Source of the DNA: Phoronis australis
Taxonomy: Eukaryota > Animalia > Phoronida
NCBI GenBank assembly: GCA_002633005.1
Contig: NMRA01000164.1
Location: forward strand, 619,920 to 683,919
Direction: 5' to 3'
DNA: 64,000 nucleotides
Made by a program: the position numbers and the translations under genes. The notes below the pieces were generated by a model. That model saw only the letters and a list, made by a program, of their open reading frames with translations, searched no databases and was not told the origin of the DNA. The first letter of the stretch is position 1. The number at the start of each line of letters is the position of its first letter. This document shows positions 1 through 64,000 of this stretch, one piece after another.

Positions 1-339
1 GGATACCATGATCAGCAGCCGTTCCCAAATTTCATTTTTGCTTAAAATGTTCCTAAAATTCAAATTTATAATTTTTTCAAAAAAAAAAATCATGACTTTC
101 CTCCAAAAATTTTCAACCTCAAGACCTGCTACTGCTTATTTACGTCTATCGAACGGGACTCACAAATGTTTTTGTGATAATCAAATTACCGATTTCAACG
201 TTCAGTTACAATTCATACGCAGATACCATAAGATGAAATTGGAGATAACCATTCCATGGACCTGTTTTATGATGATTTAGACTAAAATTTGGTCATGCAT
301 GTGCTCCAACTTTTCACGAGGGCGTCAAAGTCCAGGAAT

Positions 340-1620
340 AATTTATAGAAATTATCCGTAAGGAGCAGCTACATGCGTATTCTCAGACAATGGACTTTCG
401 TACGAGTGAGATTTGCCAGAAATAGTTGTGTAGAGCGGAATACCAAATTTCAGACTGAATTTACAAGTCAATTTTCAGGAAGAAGACCCCTGGTGTGATT
501 AAAGGAGTCTGACAACTGACAGCGGCACAGAACTTATTACCTTTAGTAGCACGTGGTCTGTCTGCAGTCGAGGGTGTGCTCCCTGTAACAACAACAATGA
601 ACTCTGTACGAGGGCACGGCTGGATTTTAGATTTCGAAAATGCAACTTTTGAAATAACAAATGCATTTACGTTATGAATTGGCCACCATATTCTTGTCCA
701 CAGGCTGAAACAAATTTCAAGGCATCTGATCAAATAGAAAAAAAAATTGAATGTCCAATGCGTATTTGCACTTGACACGAAGCACATATTTTATGACCAC
801 AGACGATTACAAGCACAATCAGACAGGCTATGCAGACCGTAGTGGCATATCAGATATGGTCTACTAATGGAAAACATCTTGTCCAGTTTTGTTCTGGAAG
901 CCATTCGGGCCCGCTCACATGTGCATTTTCATGTGTGAAAAAATGTACAGTGTCAACCGACCGACTGAAATTTGGTCGTGTAAGCGCTTCCACTTCACAA
1001 TTTCATAATCAAGGTTTAACCACAGAACTCTATCCCTGGGTAGATTCAGTAACGCCAAGACCTCACTAGGACCTTTTTAGAAAAGCAAGACTTCACGAGA
1101 TTACGCGAGATTTGTATTTTAAACGAGTCAGAACGTGGTTTTTGCGAGATTTTTCTAGTCCCAAACTGCTACTGAACTCTACCCAGGGCTAGGGTTGTAT
1201 GGTTTAACCAAATAATTATGAGGCCAGTACAGTAGAGAAATAATTTTTAGAAATTATCTCAGTAAGGTGCAATTATGTGCGTATTCTCGGAGATTTTGGA
1301 CTTTCGAACGAGTTAGCTTTATCAAAGATAGTTGTGTCGACCAGATTTCTGATTTAATTTTTAAGTCACGTTTAATGAAACAGACCTCTGTTGACATTAA
1401 ATGACTTCACCAACTGACAACAGTACATAAGTGGAGTCTCCAGCAGTTGGGAGTATGTATCCTGAAACAACGCTCAACTCAGTACGAGGACTCAGCAGGA
1501 TTTTGCCGGATTTAAAAACACAATGCAACTTTTGAAATAACAAATTCATAAATTGACCACCGTGTTATTGCCTACTAATTGCCACAAAATTCAAACTATT
1601 AAGAAAAATCTGTTTTTTTT
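340..1620. repeat. Two diverged direct copies of a roughly 400-bp repeat (about 340-740 and 1243-1620)
   Basis: Shared blocks in the same order, e.g. tagaaattatc, tgcgtattctc, tggactttcg, caactgaca, atgcaacttttgaaataacaaat. Confidence 0.7.
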
Positions 1621-2115
1621 CTGGTTAAATAGATGAATAAGTATTCCCGAACCCCGAAAGTGTTGAACGATGTAGATATATCTAGAGGTTAAAACTGCTT
1701 AGGTGAGACGCCAATTGTCTTTCTCTCCTATTTTCGCTTGCATGTCCATCTCAAGCCTCCGTAGCAAAAAAATCCTTACGGACGCCGGGTTGTGAACACC
1801 ACACGAACGTCAATTTTTTAACAATTCTGAGATGTCTCTTCAAGGGAGTCGTATGGAGATCCAGCGTTCGTAGACCGGTTGCTATTAGGCCTGCACGTGA
1901 ATTGGCCAATGTGAAACAAGGAAACAGTGATAAAAAGACTGTAACAGTTGTACATTATACTTCAAATGAAAGCCCTTGAGCTGCTCTATAGCCGATATAT
2001 CAAACGTCTACTAAGAATATCGAATTAGTGACACCCTTTTCCTCAACACTCGATAGTATAGCTTTGTGATTTGTGCACAGTCGAAAAGAAATACAAAAAG
2101 TTACATAGTACTCAC

Positions 2116-59628
<57,513 letters not shown>

Positions 59629-60072
59629 CTAAATATGACATAAAATTAATTAAAATAAATACTGGCAATTGTAACCACTATAACAAGATCTTCTTGTCGT
59701 TGGGCATCTACAGTGAGTGTGAAATGGAGTGTGAGTTCTATTATTCACAACCCTCAATTTCTATCTGAGGACAGTGTTTCGTGTTTCGTGACAGTACTTC
59801 GTACATGTTGGTAACTGATTCCTATCGAAGTGCAGTGCTTCTTAGCCGTTCCCCAAACATATTTGCTGCTCGAAGTTAATGACGGCAAAAATGAACTAAA
59901 CTAGACAACCCAAGTATGAATTTAAAATTTCCTCACAGTCGGCTGCATGTAAGTCGAACGTAACGAGCCTACTGTGCATGGACCCTTTTGTGGCCGAAGG
60001 CAAGGTAGTTCACTCGAATAGAAGAAAAACATTTGGTTGTAAGCTAATGGAAAGGTCCTCACTAAGTTTTCC

Positions 60073-62212
60073 TATCCTGGATTTGCCGGATTATTTTTTT
60101 CCATGTAGCCCAGGCTTAGTTACTCATGATTTAGGGGGAAGGGTGACCGTTCACAGACCTTGAGTAGTTTAAATATGCAAATTAAGGCCGCCATTATGCA
60201 AAGTTCTATTTTGCTAATAATTTCCTCACTAAGCACTGAAGGTAGATTACTCTGATGATTTCATCCGTGTTTACTTGGTCAACGAATTTAATAATGAAAG
60301 TTCTTTGGTGGATACATTGTCAAAGTCGCCATTATTCATTATTTCACTTGTTCTAATAGCTATGGTCAAAAGCAGATACCAGCATCAATCTATTAGATCC
60401 TGAGGTCCACCTCAAAGATAGTAGTGCACATTAGCCGTGTCAGTATTGCTACTCAATACTTAATGTACATGAAACAATAGGCATTGGAAGGCAATGTTCT
60501 CAGACTTCAAGAAAGGCTAGCAGTACGTACAAAAGGAACACAAGTAGGTAATCACTTACGAAGATCCCTGCCCCTATAGTACAAGTAGGTATTATCCGGA
60601 GACAACCCACAAAGAAGCCGGGTCCATTACTGTGCAGCAGGAAGAGACGTGAAATGTGCATGTGAAGTTAGCAATTTTTTGTTGTTTCGGATGTTACAAA
60701 CGTATGCTTCGTGTGCATTACTATGACAAGGAACAGCGTCAAATATCACAACCATGAAATCGCCCAGTAAGCGTAGAACAGTCTTAGACATTAGTTGACT
60801 GTGTAAACATGCAGTGATAGTGTGAAGGTGTTCTCCCAGCTCACGCACTGTAGAGGTGCAACACAGTGGTATGCTACTATGGAGTTGGAAAGCGATCCAT
60901 CGTTGGGCTGGGCGTGACCTATCTGCCATCGGCACTATCAATGTGTATGTTTTTCGATGCCATAAAACAGGCCTCTAAATGTATGTGTGCTTGTCATGGA
61001 GTGAAGAGAATCAAGAAGATGTCAGGAAACAGAATACTAGTATGGGAAAAAAGCGGCAAGGAATATACTTCCACCTCCAGACTGTGTACTCTGTCACCGA
61101 CAACAGAGGCATTCACGTAAAATGTAAGCAGAGCCCACTACCGGCCAGTTAGTGGTGGAACTTCACCAGAGAAATATGGATAGAAGAGAGATGCCATAAA
61201 CAAATCTCTCCCACCTTGTACAATTCCGGATGGTATCCAACTCCTCAGTATTGCATACTGGATATGATTAGGTGTGACTACAAATGTCAGATTCCATAGA
61301 ATTCTTATAGATTCAGATGCAGAGTCAATTGTCTACCCCGCATAATATTTTGGGTATGTTATACTGCAGTGTGCTCTAGTCCTGAATGTTGAATTAGGAT
61401 TTATAAGATCTTGTGATTACGCCCTATTCGATAGGTCATAGTCCTAGATTTTTGCACTTAAACAATTTGGCCATCGACTGGGTTACAGATTTTTTGTATT
61501 CATTATGTAAAGTCAGATTACATTAAATTCAACAGTACAATTAACAAAATAATCTACATGTAGTGCCCTCCTTAAGAAAGTTACAAGCAGCAACAAAATT
61601 TTCAATAATGGCCGCCTTCATTTGCATAATTTATGCAAATTTATCATGAAACTTGCATTAACCTAATTGACCATAGGAACATAGATTCAAATATCGTGAT
61701 AGTTTAGCTGTAGTGCTTGGTACCGCAGCTAAAAGCACAAGTAGATATTTCATAATGGTGGCCTTAATTTGAATTGATTATGTAAAATTGCATAAATTAT
61801 GCAAATTGGCATGAATTAAGCAAATTTATCATGCAACAACTAATTGACTATAAAAATGTAGGTGCAATTATCTTGATAGCTCATCTGTGGTGCCTGGAAC
61901 GGTAGATTTATGCGCAAGAAGAATTTTGAATAATGGCGGTCTTAATTTGCAAAACTTTTGCAAATTGACAATGTATTCACAAAAAAACTTTCATTATTAA
62001 ATTCGCTGATCTTAGAAACAAGGATGAAAACGTCTTGTCCAAATAGTCTGCCTGCAGTGCTTGGTAATGAAATTGTTTTTGCATAATGGTGACTTAATTT
62101 GCATATTAAAATGATCAAGGTTGCGAACGGTCACCTCCCTAAATCATGGTTACTTAACTCTAGGCTACATGAAACAGCAAAGAAAAAAACTTTATCCGGC
62201 AAATCCAGGTTC
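60073..62212 (+). mobile_element. Decayed Academ-like DNA transposon with long (about 130 bp or more) TIRs
   Basis: cctggatttgccggat...catgtagcc...catgatttaggg...ggtgaccgttc...aatatgcaaattaag...ccattatgcaaa at 60076-60202 is mirrored at about 62078-62209. The internal relic reads LPAHAL*RCNTV.CYYGVGK (XPG/FEN1 H3TH-like) and LSPTTEAF..NV.RAHY. Confidence 0.78.
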
Positions 62213-63609
62213 ATCCCCTTGCCTCACATCGAAACTATTGTTCATTGTTTCATGTGACTTTATCGATACAACGTCCAGTGCAGAAACGACACTGGGGGTT
62301 GTTCAGTTTAGAAGCAATTTTCCAGTAAGTAAAGGGCATCAAACAGGTACGGGAGCCCTGTTAGTGGCTATTGATATTTTTACTTAAAATCAAATTTCTG
62401 TTGGTACTTTTGAAACACTGAAAGCTCTTACATGATATTATATTTCCCTTGTACTAAAGTGTGAGTGCACCCAATATATAACACCACTTCTGTATTTGGT
62501 CGAAACAAGATTCCTTGAAATGTGTCGAACAAAGTGTGGCTCTCGGCTAAATCGCATGTTCCACATTGACATTCCACACTCTCCTGCGGCGCACAAACTG
62601 AACCGATGTCATTTCTGGACAACTTTCTCGTATTTAGAAAAGTTGAACACAGAGACGTTCTCTGGTGTTAAAATACAACCTCCACAAGCACACCTTTTCA
62701 TGTCTGAAGAAGGCTTTCCCCACAAGTACTCAGTATCGCAATTTGCGGTGGAGATGGTCTTCCACCCGTTACGTAGAGCCCCAATAACAGGAAAATATAT
62801 TTCTTTAAATTTTTGGCTTGTTTCTTAGCAACAGGTATACTAAAGACTATTAAATCTATTGAGATGTACATGTATTAATAAAAATCCTTCTGAGACACAG
62901 GCTCATGGTGGGAACCCTTTAAAACTACATTTAACATTTATTTCTTTTGTGATATTGGCTGACATTTATATCCGCCTTTAGCGATCTTTAAAGTGATATT
63001 TATTCATGAATTTCGAAGCATATGAATCATGTCTCTTACGACACCATCTTAAGTGGCCTTCAAATTACGGTTCACTGACGCCTACAAAATAGCAGGTGGT
63101 ATACGACTTAATGTAAAACTGCAAAATTTCTCGTTACCTTGACGAAAGTACATGTAAATTTGGATTAAGGCCACTTAAAAATTGGCATCAACTGGTTCTT
63201 TCCTCAGGCAAGAAGCCAGTTTTGGTCTGTCAAAGAAATGACGGCTGTTATCCATCGATACCACGTGACAAGTCAACTTTCAGAACCAGTGCCCGGTGGC
63301 ATGAAACAATCCTAGTGAGGACTCAATAACGCTCCTTAATTTTTAGTGCATTTGTGGACTATATGCGAAATGGATTTTCCTTTTCTATTCTATCTTCATT
63401 GCTACGCCATGTTTTAGCTTCATGCACAGCGAGACTAAACACTGCGATTAATTCTCAATACATTTGAAAATAAACAGATACTTCTTGATGCAACGTCCTT
63501 AAATTTAGGTCTTGGTCATTATTTATTCCCATTGAAAGGAAGCTCAATTTTCATACGTTACTAGGAAATGCAATAACTAAAAGACGAGCTCATAACCGGG
63601 CTAAGTTAC

Positions 63610-63651
63610 CAAGAAAATAAAACAATAACAAGTAAACAGTGTACTAGTGCG
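63610..63651 (-). CDS. Candidate signal-peptide exon of the astacin-ShKT gene (RTSTLFTCYCFIFL)
   Basis: tctttcag acceptor, gtaact donor, 42 nt, phase 0-0. Joined to exon 59628 it gives RTSTLFTCYCFIFLVTITRG-LSF, which is signal-peptide-like. There is no in-frame ATG and it abuts a LINE fragment, so it is uncertain. Confidence 0.3.
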
Positions 63652-63664
63652 CTGAAAGACTCAT

Positions 63665-64000
63665 GGCGTTATGACACCAATACACAAAAAGAACTCCAAA
63701 ACAGACATTGCAAACTATCGCCCCATAACTCTACTAAACACCTTATCCAAAATTTTAGAAAAAATCCTTTCTCAGCACATGTTTGACCACCTCTCTTCAC
63801 AAAACCTCATATATCGTCGCCAATTTGATTCATGCCTGGTAACAGCACTGTGTCGCAACTTACAGAAATTGTACACGACATCCACCTCCAGTTTGAGCAA
63901 GGGTACAATGTGAGATCCGTATTTTTAGACATTGCGTCAGCTTTTGATGTCGTTCCCCATGACCTGCTCTTACATAAATTACAATCTTACGGTTTCTCTC
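63665..64000 (+). mobile_element. LINE reverse-transcriptase fragment (CR1/L2 group), frameshifted, runs off the window
   Basis: TPIHKK..K.D..NYRPITLL..LSKILEKI, then VFLDIASAFDVVPHDLLLHKL. Confidence 0.9.

Overview
Eukaryotic genomic DNA (AT-rich, intron-rich, with assembly gaps; a marine invertebrate, probably a lophotrochozoan, by inference only). Almost the whole window is one minus-strand multi-exon gene that the ORF track fragments. I reconstructed 17 GT-AG exons by hand (59628 to 2116, 2722 nt, about 907 codons, all phase-compatible, no stops). They encode the end of a signal peptide, a pro-peptide (ELDM Asp-switch, RNKR furin site), an astacin (M12A) domain, an EGF-like module, 12 ShKT domains and a Thr-rich linker. 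The gene continues beyond the left edge and its start codon is not securely located. The most notable observation is that the astacin domain looks catalytically dead but intact: the zinc motif reads HVLGHAIGLPHQ (catalytic Glu to Val, family-specific Glu to Gln) and the Met-turn reads SIMHF (Tyr to Phe), while the three His ligands, four Cys and the reading frame are kept. The introns hold many mobile elements: Gypsy LTR elements (one with about 120-bp LTRs and a tRNA-Leu PBS), Penelope-like elements with minimal hammerhead ribozymes, LINE fragments, a THAP-bearing Kolobok-like element, Academ-like relics and several MITEs. A 1.4-kb duplication is probably a haplotype assembly artefact. All coordinates were counted by hand and no database searches were run.
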